A stretch of 64,000 bases of DNA from Monocercomonoides exilis PA203 (GCA_001643675.2 LSRY02000036.1:372001-436000), one strand, 5' to 3'. Positions 1 through 14,720 are shown, counted from the stretch's first letter. The notes: a model not told the origin generated them from the letters alone. Numbers and translations are program-made.

Positions 1-3000
1 CTTCTGCTTGTGTATGAATGAGGGTATTGTCAATTGCATTTGACTCAGCATCGGTGAATGATGGTGCTTTAAATTGAGGATCTGTAAATTCACCATTGGA
101 AGAAAGTTGAAAAGCTGATGAAAGAGTTCCATTATGAGCTTCGGAAGTGGCCTGAATTGTAGGAGGTGCTGAGATATGAGTTGCAACCAGATTCTCCTCA
201 AATAGAAATGAGGAAAGTAATCCAGTGCATATTGGCTCTTCTTTTTCAATCTGTAAAGGCTTCGGTGAATTAAAGTTCTCAGAATGAAAAGTTAATTCAT
301 TTGTTAAATTTTCATTTTCAGCTGTTGAACGAGCATTGCTTTCATATGATATTGTGTCGAATGGCAAAGTTTGCGACTTCATTACATCTGACGAAAGCAA
401 CAAATTATCTTCTGCTTCATTCTTAATCCTCATCGTGTTCTGATAAGTAAAAGCAGCATCACGTGCGATTCCAATCATCTCATTGAGATGCGACGGAATT
501 CCAATCAGCATCCCTAATATGCAATCCTTCATTGCTTTCACTCTAATCTCTTCCCTTTCCTTCTGCCTGTAAATCCTCTTTCTCCCTTGCTGCACTCTTT
601 CCAGAACAAGAAGCTCATCTTCACTCAAAATATCTGAATCCAATGTTGTCATTCCAGATTGTACTGTTGCTATCTTCCGCTTGAATGAAAGTGGAGTGTC
701 TGCAAGAAATGTGAGTGCAGATGTGAAATATGACGCCATCGCTGATATTGATACCGCTCTTCGTGAATCGTCAAATTGCTCATTTGCAAATGTTGAGGGG
801 CTTGCTTGGGTAAAGTTCACATATTCGCTCGCTTTCATTTTGTCTTCTTCAGATGATGGACATTCACTGCTTTCATTTTGAGTTGTTTGAGAGTTTTTAA
901 CATTTCCTGTTTCAGTTTTCTGACTATCAGGAACATCTTCAATAGCACATTCATTCACCAGATTCTGTTCGTTTGCATTGTTTGTACATTTCTCATTCAT
1001 ATTTCTGTTAAATGCTCTTTTCCTCTCTTTGAACGTAACCAGAAACTGGTTCACCAGTCTATTCATCTGAATCAGTTCGCTTCCTTCCTCCACCCTTTCA
1101 TCTGTTTCAAAATGTTTCATGCTTGCATTGTGGCTCAGTTTCAGTAGTAGCCCCAGAACAAAAACAGAAGATGTTTCATTCGGGTGTGTCAAAGCTGCCA
1201 TTGTAAGAAGATGGAATCTGAGGAGCGTCAAGCAGTGATTGGTGAATGAGGCCTCATCCATCAAATCTGCCTTTGCATTCTGTCGTGAACGCTGTTTTTC
1301 ATTCAGTCCGTGCTTCACGATGAGAGACAAGCTTTTCATCGCCAAGTCTTCTCTTTTGTTTGAGTCCTCACGAATGTGCTCTTGCAATGCAATCTTGGAT
1401 TCATCGATAGATGTTGACCAGAAAGATTGATCAGATGATAATGACGATGATGATGACGTTGATGATGAAGGAGCTGCTGATGCATCAGCAGCAGATTGCA
1501 GCTGAGCTTGTTTTTGCTGTATGTTGTTGATGTTCAGCTCCTCCATTCTCTGCTGGATCGATAGATGCACAATTGTGTCGTCGAATTCTTCTCTTTGTAG
1601 CACAATCGGCTTTGTGGCCCATCCACATTTTGAAGGGCAGAATCCGTTTTCCTCCATTCTGTGAATAAAAGAATTCATCAATGAAGTATTTGAATGCACA
1701 GCAGAAAGTGAGGTTTCAGTTGATTTCAGTTGCTGATGTTTCTGTTGTCTAAATGAACCTGTTGCTGATTGCGAAATGTTTGTCTGTTTTTTCTGCCTTT
1801 CTTCCATTTCCTTCTCATTCTGAGCACTTTGCTCCTCAATGCTTGCATTTTCTTCTCGATCCATATTCACTCTCATCTTCTCTTCATGACATTCTTCTGC
1901 CATTTCCTTCCAGTCAAGCTGATCTGCATTTGCAGCCACAATTCCTATAAATACCCACACAGCTTGAGGTGAAAGAAGACTAAACGGGAAAGGTGATTCA
2001 TCAGAAAGAGATGAAAACGAGCAAAACGGTTGCTGCAACTCGACAAATGAAGTTTGTGCTTGCTGCTCTACGGTTTGATTGAACAATGCATTGCTGTTAA
2101 TGTCACCCGAAAGAAGATAAGAGTTCTGAAGAGCAGCAGGAATTGGCGAGTGTGGGGAGGGCTCAGGTTGAGTTGGTGTGAACTGAACAGCAAATGGCTG
2201 ATTGTGATTAAAACCATAAGAATTCAATGAAAAATTATCTCCATTTATTCTCAAAGGATCGTTAGGATAGTAAATCGCTTCTCCTCTTTGAGTATTTGTA
2301 GCTGCTGATGGCTTTTCTGTGTAAAACTGAAGAACAGTTCCCAGATTGAAGAATCGTGCGATGATTGACGGGCTGTTGGTGCGGATGATGTAGGAGGCAG
2401 TGTGGAGGAGAATTGAATCAAGAAGGGGCTGAAGTTTGAGTGTGAGGGAAAGAGAAGAATCTGATTTGTTCGTTTCTGCTGATCGATGATGCTCCTCGTT
2501 TTCATTTGATGCTTCTTTTTCAAACTTCTCTTTCACATTTTGAATAGAAACTGATTCGAAATCACTTCTTTTCTGCTCTTTTTTTATCAACTCCTTCCAA
2601 AATTGATGTGTCTTTGTCAAAAGTCTGATCAATGTGTTTATCACAAGTGCTGTGAAAAGTGGCCTGCGAGCAGCTAATTCAGATGATAAGCAGGACGAAA
2701 GCATCGAAGCAACAATAAACACAAACGAAAGAGAAGGCGATGCTGACTTCGAAGGGCTGCAGAATGCTCCATTGGAATCCACATTATTATTATTTCCATT
2801 ATCATTATCATTATTGCTACTACTATTTCTGTGAGAACTTCCACTCACATTGCCATTGTCCGCCTCTTGTTCTTCTGCAAACAACTGCCCATTGATGAGT
2901 GTGCTTGGTGCAAATGTGAAGTCTGGCCGAGTCAGCCTGCACAGCTCGTCAAATGTGTCTGTGAAGAGAACAGCCTCCACAAACACTTCGATGCCCAGCT

Positions 3001-4598
3001 TGTTCCACATCATCAGAATGTCTGCTTCTGTCTGCCGCACTCGACTCAGCGGAGGAAGCAGCGAAAACTGGGCTGACTGCGCTGAAAAAGTGTTTGCCGA
3101 GCTGCTGCTGCCAAATCTGCTGCTGTTTGTGCTGTTGTTATTGTTATTGTCGTTGTTGATGCTGTTTGAGCCAAATGGATAAGTCAGATTGGAAAGCTGG
3201 GAAGGGCTGATGCCGATGGCTGCGGCTGGAGACGCAGGCGAGGCGATGAGGAAAGGAGGAGGACGTGTTGAGAGGGGAGTGAGGAAGGAAGGATAGCTGC
3301 CTGGTTTGATGGAGAAGCCACCAATGACAGAACTGGCAATGTCTGGAGGGATTTCTTGGCTCGGCTTGTTGTTCGAACAACTCGAAACAGAAGAAGATGA
3401 GAGCGTGTCACTGTTGCTGTCACTTGGGAAGTAACTTGGCTTGGCCGATTCAGACGAGGTGTAAGGACGCTGAGCAATCACATAATTGCGGGAAGGCTCT
3501 GAAAGAGCGAATGGAACAAGAATTCTGTTTGAAAGAGTGTTTCTGTCTGGTTGAAGCTGAGGTTGAGTTTGGAAACTGGATGTGTTTCGATGCTGGAAAA
3601 GACCAGAAGAATATGAGCTTTGCTTTTCCCAGCGATTGGACGGATAGTCTTCGAAGAGATGTGCACAGAACAAAGAAAGAGAAGCAATGAAATACTCCAC
3701 CCCTTTTCGGAAATAGACAATGAATGACGAAAGAAGCTTGTAATCGTCTGAGGAGAAGCGAGAAGAATGGCGAGTTGTTGGTCTCTTTGGTGAAATAGAT
3801 GTGTTATCGGTGTTGAGCTCAAATGAGGATGATGAGGATGATGAGGATGATAACATTGATGGAGTTGTAATTTTTTCTGGCTTTCTGCATTCTTCCACAA
3901 CAGGAATTGAGCTATCATTGATTTGCGTTCCAGAAGAAGCTCTGTTTGAAGCGCTATCTTCTTTCTTTTCATGTTCTTCTTCTTCGCTCTTCTTCTTCTT
4001 TATTTGAAGTGTCGATGCAAAAAGCTGCTGAGAATCGAGAACTTCTTCCATTTTGTGGCTGCTTTCAATGTTTGATATTCCACTCTGAATGTAATAATCT
4101 TTTCTTTCTGCTTTAACAATTGAGTCTTGCAGTTCTTCTCCTTCTTCTCCACTCTCCTTCGCACCAACAAAACTGATGCCTTCCTTTCCTCTCTCTCTTT
4201 CCATCATGCTTTCGTCAAACAACCCAATCCACTTCCACAGCGGCTGCACATCAAACACAAACTCCCCTGCCCACTCGGCTGCGTCTGCCACGCCCAAAAA
4301 CACGAAGTACAAGAAGATCTGCACAGACACCGAAATCACTTCAGCAGGAAAAGGGAAAGGTGAGTGGGAGAAAATGAGGTTGTGGGGAGTTAGAGGCAGG
4401 CCATGGGCTAATATAAATGGATGAGGTGGAAGCTGAAGCTGGTTGAGTTGAGATGAAATGGTCTGAAGAGAAGGCAAGGAAGGAAGCGAAGGAGTGGCTG
4501 AAGAAGAGAAAAGGGAGGATGATAAGGAATAGATGGAATGTGCGCTGACTGATGAGGAAGAAGAAGATGAGGAGGAGGAAGAGGAAGAAGAAGAAGAA

Positions 4599-4631
<33 letters not shown>

Positions 4632-6858
4632 AGAATTGGAGTGTTTTCCTTCACCGGCTGTGGTGTCAGCGCGGATGCAAACACAGCAGCGATTGCACGG
4701 ATGGTGTTTCTGACAAAAGCAAACGGCGTAGCCATCACATCGTCGCGCCTGTTATCAGAAGCAGCTGTCTTGTCTGGTTGTGCGTTCTCTGCCAGCTGCC
4801 CTTGCAACGCAGAGTGTGCCTGGCACTCAGCCTCTGCCTGTGCTTGAGCCTCCTTCTCTGTCTCTCTCCATCGGTTCTCTTCGTCCAGCAGAGAAGTGGA
4901 AAACGGCTCAGACGTCGATTTGCTCGAAAACGGGAACAGAATCTGCTCCAGCTCTCCTTGTTCTCCCTCTCCATCCTGCAAGCCTTGCCCTCCCTGTTCT
5001 CCAGCAACAGCCCCCAGCTCTCCTTCTCCTGCACCGAACATGCCGTCTGCTGCTGTTGTACGATATGAACGTGCTCCCAACGGACCAAAGGGCGACCCGC
5101 CGATCGACACAGGTGCAGCCTCCAAGTCATCGAGCGGATGTGTCTTTGGCAATGTTTCCTTGTCCTTCTCGTTCCCTTCTTCATCTCCGCTCTTTTCTTC
5201 GTTTCCACTCGCATCAGAAGCATGCGCCGAAGGTGATGAAGAAGCAGCTGCCTCCTCTTCCTTCTTTGCCGATTTGAACAGCGAATACAAGAACATCCTT
5301 TTCTTTGCTGTTGAGGCAGCAGCAGCAGCGCTGTCTGAGCTCTTTGAGTGCAGAGAGGGTGCCAACGGCGTCGGGCCCGGCAGTCTCTTCAGCCGAGCGG
5401 CGCGGATGGCGCGCAGTTTTCTCTTTCGCATCTGCTGCAGCAGCTCCTCCTTCGCCTTCTGCGCCTGCCGCTCCTTCTCGTCGTTGTAGCGCAGTTTCGT
5501 CTCCTCGCTGATGCGGCGCATCCCGCTCCACGGCACACTCTCGCTCGGCTGCTTGTTGGCGCTGCAGGAATGCGAAGAGCAGAATTCTTCTGCGAGCGAT
5601 GAGCCGCTGGAAGATGACCAAAACCCGTCGAGTTCCTCGTCTGCTCCGCATTGGAACAGCTTTGCTTCAACGTGCTTCTTCCGCTCCAGTTCAGCACACG
5701 CCGAGACTTCTGCGCTCAGCAGGCATAGAAGGTGCACCTGAAGGATGCGCAGTTCTTTCTCTATTTGGGAAGAGACTCTGTCTGACTCCTGATACAGCTG
5801 ATCATTTTTGCTGAGAGATGGACAGAATGGATCAGATGATAATGTCACGGATGCCTGTTGAAATAATTCTGCTTGCTTAATAATTTGCTCCTGTGTGTGT
5901 TGAAGTTCTGGTGTTGTTGCAGTTTTGAGACTTTTTGAGAATTTCTCTGCATTTGATGATCGTGTGCAATGATTTTTCTGGTTTATGATATGTTCTCTAA
6001 GTGCAATTTTAAGACAATTCAACTCTTTTTCATCATCGAAAACACAAGAATTTACTGTTAAATTGTAGTTTAAAGATTTTTTCTCCTCATTTTCGTTGAC
6101 TTTTGAATCAGATTCGCTGCTCTTTCCCCTTTTCGAGGATTTTGTTGTCTTTTCTCTTCCAAATTGTGAAATAAGAAGGTCAGTATCTGGATGCGGAGCT
6201 GTTAACAAGATGTGGCCCCTCAAAATTATGATGTCACTGCAAGCCCATTCGAGGTAATACTTCAGATCAACTTGAGTTTCGAAAATTTTTAGTTTTATAC
6301 CTGGAATAATATTTTCCGAAAGCCATCTAATATTTTCGTAGGCTCGCTCAATTCGATGATAAACAGAAGAATTTAAACGAGTGGTGATATAAGGAATGGT
6401 TGATGAAATTGGCTTCCCGCATTTTTTGCATTCTCCTTCAATGCCTTCTTCAGTTTCTTCTGAACTCCAGCACTTCGACTCAATTCGATCGATCTTCTTT
6501 TGAAAAATCAACAACTGTTTTGATTCGCACCATAAGTGCTCGCAGTGTTCTCGAAATGAAGACAATAAGTCATTTACTGTTGGAATAGTTTTTGCAATTT
6601 CTTGAAGTGCAAAAAATTGTGAATTTGCCAAGTACGCTCTTATAACAAGTGGTAAACGAAAGAAATTTTTGAATCTATTTTCTCTGCACGCAAGATAATT
6701 CGGTAAATCTCCAAGCTCGGGTATTTTTTTGCAAAATATTCGAAAACTAATTGTGTGAAAACAACAAAATTAAAAAATAATATGATTTAAAAAAGAATAA
6801 AGAAAAAATACTTGTGCTTGCGCTGAAAGTTTGAAATGCGAGATGATGTTGCCATCAT
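1..6858 (-). CDS. Giant hypothetical protein (>2260 aa, Ser/Glu-rich), 3' end outside window
   Basis: ATG at 6858 (MMATSSRISNFQRKH), then a GT..AG intron at 6811-6747. By manual translation one frame stays open from 6746 to position 1. It is probably missing from the ORF track because there is no stop inside the window. No domain recognised. Confidence 0.85.
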
Positions 6859-8010
6859 CGCAAAAAAAAGAAAAAAATTTTTGTATTGATCCAATCCAAT
6901 GTTTGAAATTATTAATTTTTTTGGAATAAACAATGAAAAAACTGAAAATTGGAAAAGCCTAACATTGGTTTCTATTTGTTACTCAATTCTGTACAAATGA
7001 AAAGTATTCTTTTGTTATCAATGAAATTATTATGTTTGAAAAACATAAATTCCTTTTTTTTTTTTTTTTCAACCAAGAAACACTTTTTTCAAAATAAAAT
7101 GAATGCACACTTCAACTGTTTCTTTTCAAAAGAGTGAAAGATGATTTATTCAAATTTTTTATAAATTTTAATAAAAATCATTCGAATATCCACGTGCTTC
7201 AGCATTTCAAATTGTTAACAATAACAATATTTGACTTTTTTTCTAGGATTACTCTTTGCAAGTCTCTGAAACGATTTCGCACACATTTCAAACAAAATGA
7301 TTTCATAATGCTGAAATGCAAAATGTTAATAATTCGAAATAATTAATAGATAAAATGTGAAATAAATTGATCATTTCAAATTGATTGTGTTATTTCAAGT
7401 TTCAGCCACGAATTTTAAATTAACCCAGTTATTTTGAAATGATCGAGAAAAACTTAAATCTACTGGACGTTTTTGAAAATCATTGAATATGCATTTTTTT
7501 GATTGAATAAATGGTTCCAACCATGATCAGAATTATTTTTGCTTGTTTTGTTTTATCAAAGAAATCTGAGATTTATCGTTTTGGGATTTATAGAAAATTG
7601 ATTTGGTTATTTTTGTTTGAAAAATTCAAAAAAATAAAAATAAAAATAAAAATAAAAATAAAAATTGAGTTTTCATATGTTGAAATATTTGATGTTTCTC
7701 AAATAACACAATTTGAATTAGATTTCTTTGGATAAAAATCTTTTTTAAAAGCTTTCACAAGTTTTGTAATATATAGTTCATCGAATAAAAATTGAAAAAT
7801 TGACAAAGAGTTGCAATAACATCTTTTTTTCATTTCATTTTCGAATATTCGGTTTGTCAAAAACTGACAAGCAAATTGATGAGCTGTGTGATAATTCTGA
7901 TGATGAAGATATTCTCTTTGATTTTTTTCAAATACAGTTCTTTTTTCTCTTCCAATGCAAAAAAAAAAAAAGAAAAGAAAAGAAAATCCATTAATGAATT
8001 TATAAATATT

Positions 8011-11000
8011 GGATGAAATGCGAATAAAAAGTTTTTATTCGAATGATCTGACTTTATTCGAATAAACCCCCTTATAATTGAATGAGAGGCAGTTTATTCA
8101 AATAAACGTCTGCTTTCTCGAATCAACCATGAAAGATTCGAATCAAGAACAATAGGATGTTATTATGGAAATATTGCACATGTTTTTGATGTTTTTCATG
8201 TGTTATTCTCAGTTTATTAATTATTAAAAATATATGATCAAACATTCTTTCCGTGAAATTTGGAGAAATATTGTTTTATGAAGATTATTAATTAAAATTT
8301 TTCGTGATTCATTTATTTATTAGCATTATTTTTCACAAAATTCGAGGTTTTTTATTGAATTATAATTATTGACAACTTTGATCACAACATAAGTTGGAAA
8401 TTAAAATCCAAATCATTGATTTTTCCTTTTTTTCGTAATAACAAGTTTCAAATGAAAAATGATGTGATATTGCGAGCAGAATGGAGAGGCTTCCCAGGTG
8501 CTTCATTACCGAAAATGTCATGTCTTTTTTGGAACGAACAATGAACAGTTTTAAATAGAAATCACTGAATTTCCTCATTCTCATTGTTCCTGCAGTTGTT
8601 CCACAAAAAACACTTGCAGTTACTGGGCATCCACCAACAGAGTCTGGCGCATGGGTAGATTCACGAAATCTTTCCATTTTGTATTTTGTTTGAAAGGAGC
8701 GAAACGACAAAAAACGAGATGTTTTCACTAACACTCAAAATTGTGTGTGATTGTTCGAAATACCGGTTGTACATCGCCAAATATGAATACCGTAACATGG
8801 ATTTCATACACTTTTTTGGACAATAACCGATGCTGTCTTTCATTTTATATTTTTGTACAAAACAATGCAGAACAGAATCTCTAACAAACCACGTGGAGTG
8901 AGAAAACTTGGAGAATTGTTACATGGCCTTGCATATGTCCGATATTATCTCTTCAATGCCTTTGCCGACTTGAGCCGATGACGATTTTTTGGTTGCCACA
9001 ATTTCTCCGTTGATTTGGACAGAGCGATTAATTTATCTCCAAAAATGAGCGAAATGCAATAATTCGTATCATGGATTGAGCTGATGAAGCTTTTTGCAAG
9101 CATTTTTGCAGATTGAGCATTGATGATTTTTCACTGATCCTTTTGAGTTATTCTCCGTTCCCTCCGAAGAAGCCTTGTTGGAGCCTCGGAACATGATTTT
9201 CGGCCAAGCATATTATTGTCCTCCTACAAAGAAATTCTACATATTTCTTCACCACATTCATTGCTCAACCACCAATTTCAGCCTCAGTGGAGAAACTCTA
9301 CCAAAGAAACGATATGAAAAGACAAAGAGACTGCCATTTGCCATTCAATCAATGATGAATATCCTTCCCCTGCCGTCATTGATTCTATTTGATTACGGAA
9401 TTTGTTGGAATATGAAGCCATCTTCAACAACATCATCTTTCTTCTCTGATTCACACAAAAAAGTTCTTATAACGAAAATGAAATTATTTCTTCGTTGTTT
9501 GTTTCAATCACATTTCAATGACAGATCAGAAGAAGGCGATTGAGGCAGAGAGATGAATGAAGAGTGTTATTCGCCAATTGTTTTCTTTATTGAGGAGGAA
9601 GCAGCCAAGCAATTTGGATGAAGAAATGAAGATGGGATGAAATATTCATTTGATATTTGCAATAGAAAGGGGAAAATGGGTGAAGAGACATTCAAATTGA
9701 TGATGTTTGAAGGTTTGTTTGTTGTTTTATTGATTTATTTATTTTATTATTCAATATATTTTATCTGTTGATTTTCATCAGAAAAGAGGGAAAAGAAGAA
9801 GAAAAGCACAATTTCCACGATTTTTCTTTTCAACATGGGTATCTTTTTTTACAAAGGGGAGAACTGAATTCTTTAAGGAAATAACAGGACTTGGCAACTG
9901 AGGTGCCATGGAGAATGAACAGATTGGGAGGCACTGGAGAAAGGAAAAGGAAGGCTCAAAGGGCAGCAAGGGAAATGAAAGAATGAATGAAGAACAATGG
10001 GAACAATTCGATCACAAAAAGGAAGAAACAGAAAGGTGAATGGAAACGAGGGCATTTGCCATTCAGTGCGATTTATTCGGTGTAATTTCATCCACGCTCA
10101 CTTTCACACAGCACTGGGTGAATGGAGGATGGGGGAGTGGATTGGGTGAATGGAGGAGGAGGGGAAGAGGGAAGAGGGAAGAAGGAAGTTTGCCAATTGA
10201 TTGCGGAGTGGGTGAAGGAGATGGTTGATGGAAGGCAAATTAACGTCAACATCAAAGTCAACATTAACATTTTCATGAGCAATGACATTGAAATTGGCAT
10301 CGACATCAGCAGGGCTGCTGGCAAGTAATTTCATTGAAAGTGACGAAGGAGAAGAAGAGGAGGAGGAGGAAGAAGATAATGATGATGAAATTGAATAAGG
10401 AGGAGAAGAAGAAGAAGAGGCAGTTTTGCTCAGTGTTGTTTTCTTGTCTGTTATTCTGTTCTCTATTTTATCAAAAGTTTTCAAGCGGAACGATTGTTGA
10501 ATGGAAAGTTTGCAAATTCGATGGGAAAGGAAAGCATTTTGAAGCGTTTTTGTTGCTGACAAGTGATTATTGACGAAGAGCGAAACGTGTTTGATGATGC
10601 TCATCTTGTGAAATGCAGCAGTGATATTCATTTCAGCACTTCAATTTTTAATGTTGCCATTTCTGTTTACTGCTTTATTTTTATCAAATATATTTTTGTC
10701 CTTTATGGAAGCACATGCACTTTTGAATACAAATTTAAACCAGTTGTTCGTCATATGTTTTGATTTATCGATAAGAAATATTTTCTTTCAGAATAACTTT
10801 GCCAATAATCTTAAACTCTTTTAAACAAGCCAATAATTTTTTTTTTCCCTTCAAACTCCTTTTTTAAAAGAATTTTTCAAAATTAAACATGAAATGAATA
10901 CAAATTGTTATTATAAGGTTCAATCCACATTTAAAAACATCTGTGAAACATCAAGAAACTTTAATTTTTTTTCACTTTTTGATCGAATATCCCTCAATAA

Positions 11001-11137
11001 TAAATAACTCAAATAAAGGGCTCAATTCTCAAATAAACTGTGTTTATTCGAATAAACTGCCTGTATTTGAAATAAAAGCTTCTTATTCAAATAAACTTTC
11101 TTTATTCAAATTTAAATGTCTTATTCGAATTTCATCC
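8011..11137. mobile_element. Unclassified 3.1-kb TIR DNA element (GG...CC ends)
   Basis: Left end GGATGAAATGCGAATAA; right end reverse-complement GGATGAAATTCGAATAA. Both ends have subterminal arrays of TTTATTCGAATAAA-like motifs spaced about 19-20 bp. Candidate 3-bp TSD ATT. Removing the element rejoins a host intron. Confidence 0.75.
8450..10760 (+). pseudogene. Decayed coding-like sequence inside the 3.1-kb element
   Basis: Protein-like frame at about 9135-9710 (includes ORF 9175-9543) with scattered stops, and an intron-like GTTTG...CAG at about 9713-9781. No transposase motif recognised. Confidence 0.4.
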
Positions 11138-13389
11138 ATTTTAACATACCTCACATTGTTTAATGTTGCTCAAAGCTGGTATGGTTATTTCTCCTTCCTT
11201 CCGAACTTTTTTCCTTTCCTCTTTGTTCAATGCGACCTTCACAAGGAATGACACGCACATAGGATATGGATCCAAAGAACGCAAGCCGTCAAGTGAAAAT
11301 AAGCACTCGTAAAGATCAGTTTGAAGCTTTTCATTCTTTTCTTCTTTTTTCATTTCTTCATTATCAATCATCTTCTCAAATCTTTCGTTCATCGAATATT
11401 TTTCGAAGCTTCCATTCCACTGGTTCAACAGCACATTTAAATATCCAATGCACTTCAGTGACAAAACTGCATTTCCCGCTGATATTTTCTTTTCTTCAAT
11501 CATTTTGAATATTAAGTCAAAAAAAAATCTTTTGTGAAAGCAGATTTGAATTCTTCTTTATTCATTTCATCAATCACTCCATCCACTTCAAGGATTATCT
11601 GATTTTGCAATCCTCATTTCAATCTTCGAAACAAGAAAACAAATCTGTTTAAAAACAATGAAACAAATTAAATCATCATGAATTCATTTCAATTGCTATT
11701 TCACACATGTTATCATTATTGTTTTATTTGCTCTGCAGTATTTTCGCTGAAACTTTTCAACCAGAATGTGTTTATAAAATATTTTTCAAATTTAATGAAA
11801 GAAAGCTTTTGAAATGAAAATAAAATAACATGAAAACATTTAAAACAAACAAAACAAATTGCTTACAAACTTGTTTTAACTGCATTTTTGTTTTCAATAA
11901 ACAAACGTAAAGATGAAAAATAATTGAATTGATCATTTACATAAATGAATGTTAATCAATTCGAATTTTTCATAATAGGAATAATAAATATATTATGAAG
12001 TTTAATGATGTTTAAAGATAAAAATGGAACCAATCGTGAATGATTGTGTAACTGTTTTAAGCAAAAACAAAATTTTCTAATTTCTAAAATTGTGTATTTT
12101 AACAAATGGAAGATAAAACTGACAAATAAATAGATTCAATTGTTTGTTGAACGTTTATCTTCATGTAAAAATTCAGTATTATTAGAAAACGATCCATTTT
12201 CACATTCGACGGAAAATGATCAAAAAAATTAAAAAGACTTACAAAAAATGCTTTGATTGTCAAAATTATAATACAATTAAGCCTGTCTGACCTGACAAAT
12301 CATTTTTTGCCTCGTCCGTCACAAAAAAAAAAGAAGATCATTCCGTTATCATAATATAAAGTTAAAAAAATACAAAGAAGATTTTTTTGCGCTTATACTG
12401 TGGTATTAATTCAAAATTGGTATTATATTATATTCATAATAACTTTTTTACCTTTTTCACTTCTTTAAACTGTTGTTTTCTAGCCATTTTGGACTAACTG
12501 AAAATTTGTTTTTATTTCATTGTTTTCATTATATCGGTTAGCTTATGCATTTTGATTTTTTGAATGGAGACTTCTCTTTAAATGTATTCCTATGTTGAAT
12601 TATAAATAGATTGAACTTTCTTGAATTTGAGAAATTTTGTCAGTAATTATCAAACAAGTGAAATTATATGAAACTCTCCTTATTGTAATTGAAAGAAAAT
12701 CAAAAAGTTGTTAATATAGGGCAGTTATTAATGTTATAAGAAATAAATAAATAATAACATATAATTTCTTACATTAAATGTTCTTTTATATCAAATTCTT
12801 TTGGAAAGGTATCTCATGTTTTGATTCAAATCATGAATCAATCTTAAATAGCTTTCAACTTTTCATTTTCTTTTTTGCTCATCTTTTTCTTCTCATTCAA
12901 ACATATCAACAACATATCAAACAATTTCTTGTGCTTCATCATTAAAATTTTCTTCATAAAATTGTATTTCTTCGCATTCTGCATCAGCGTGAGAGATAAA
13001 GAGAAAAATGAAGAAGAAACGAAGTTTATTGTTTGAGCAAGAAATTTTTATTGTGAAGATGAAAAAGTGTTTTATGTGAGAAAGGGATATGAAGGCAACA
13101 AGAAAATTTCCGCCAAGCCAGAGAAGATATTTATCATCTGGAATTAGAGCTAAATTGACTTCATCTTTTGAGGAAGGAATGACATACATTTTGTGAAACC
13201 TATCTGATGCCTCATGGCTTCTGTGGAATTTTTGCTTTTAATCCAACAGAATGAGCAGATAACAGCAACTGGGGCATTTTCCATTTTTGAATCGATCTTT
13301 TTATATGCTTCTCATTTTATTCTTCTGATGCAAGATAATAACGATTATTCATTCATTATTAGCATAGCTTCTTCATCTTCTAATTTCGA

Positions 13390-14720
13390 ATCAACTATTG
13401 AAGAAACACTGTTCCATCTATTCCCATCGCTCGAGAATGGCGATCTTTCACAGCTGGTTGATCTTTCTGATCCGAATTTGGATGTTTTGTTGTGTCATTA
13501 GAGGAGCTGTTGTTTGACACGAAGGACTATTTCAAAAAGCTTCTTGTGGCAGAAATAGCACAGAAGTCGTCTCTTCGCTCAGCACCTTCATCTTCTTCTT
13601 CGTCTTCAACAGGAGCAGCACGCCGATCAACTTCGCCATTCCAGAGGCGGAAAAGCGACGAGAAGAAATCTTCAGAGAATGAGTAGCCATTATCATCAGC
13701 ACTTGCAGTTGGCAGTTCGGATGTATCTGCGATGACAGCTTTATGCGCATTTGCAGCAGTGATGGACAACATATAGATGTGGCTGCGTATTATGGTGCGT
13801 GAGCCAGCTGAAGTGTACGAAAATCACAGATAGTCTTTGCTGAAGGAGGTGAAGACGCTGTGGGGATGTGTTGTGGAACGACAGGCTGTGTTGTGTGGGG
13901 CGTGTTGTGCGGGCGAACGATGTGTCACTTTCGGTGAGGCTTTCAGTTTCTTTGGTAGCGCTGTTTCTGTGGCTTGCAAACTCGGTGGGCACGAAGTCGG
14001 GGAGCAAGCAGATCTTTGAAGTAGAAAATGAAAATGCGTTCCCCCGAATCTACGATCTGTTTGACCCTTCACTGCAGATATGTTGGCCGCAACAGTCGAG
14101 GTGTATGGAGGTGAAGTTGGATGACGAAGTGATGTGGTGAGGAGTTGCAGTGTGTGAAGTGGGGGGGATTGTAGAGAAGGGGCTGTAGACAGTGGGAATG
14201 GGGATGGAGAATGCGGTTCTGTCGCTAGCAGCGATTGAGCAGACGGTGCTGGAGGAGCGGGAAGGGGGAGAAGAAGATGGAAGGAGAGAGGGATGTGATC
14301 GGAATGAGGCGAAAGACGGGTTTTTGACAGCGCACAGAGAGTTTGTGGAGAGAATCAAAGAGAAACAGGGGAAGCTGGAATAAGAAATGACGCCGCTTGT
14401 TGTGGAGGAGCTTGGACTGAATGGGCTGAGGTTTGTGAAGACTGATGCTGAGGTTGGTGCAGACAAGCAGCATTCAGTGGAACCAGAAGTGTTCAGTTCT
14501 TCTCCATCCAATGGCATCCAACAGGAGATATCAAGAGCAGAAGAAGAAGCAGCAGATGGGTCTTTGGGCATAACTCTCGATGAAAGTTCAGATGGAGTGG
14601 TGAAAGATTTTGAACAGATGTAAATGCCGATGAATGGTTTGACAACGAATGAGGAAAAAGACATATCCGATGAAGAAGTTGGTGAAGAAAGTTGTTTGTT
14701 TTGTGTGGAATGATAAGAAG
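13390..14720 (+). pseudogene. Fragment of unknown repeated gene family 'X', copy 1
   Basis: Colinear nucleotide and peptide similarity to 21165-22500 (RSAPSSSS...RRSTSPF, IYDLFDP, EFVERIKEKQ, AEEEAADGSLG), with several stops. Confidence 0.8.

Larger units (their letters stand above)
7800..11640 (-). pseudogene. Decayed copy of the expanded 'KEIIKYHQEHHNL' helical family, split by a transposon in its intron
   Basis: ORF 11141-11503 (MIEEKKIS...ERFEKMID...LVKVALNKEE) resembles exon 2 of the genes at 35.2 and 38.4 kb and ends at a GTATGT donor. A frameshifted last-exon remnant (KELYLKKIKE...) lies at about 7800-7950. Confidence 0.75.

Noticed and set aside
12917-13189. Actin-like C-terminus (PDDKYLLWLGG resembles PERKYSVWIGG)
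   Set aside because: The similarity covers about 11 residues and the flanks do not support it. It needs a profile search.
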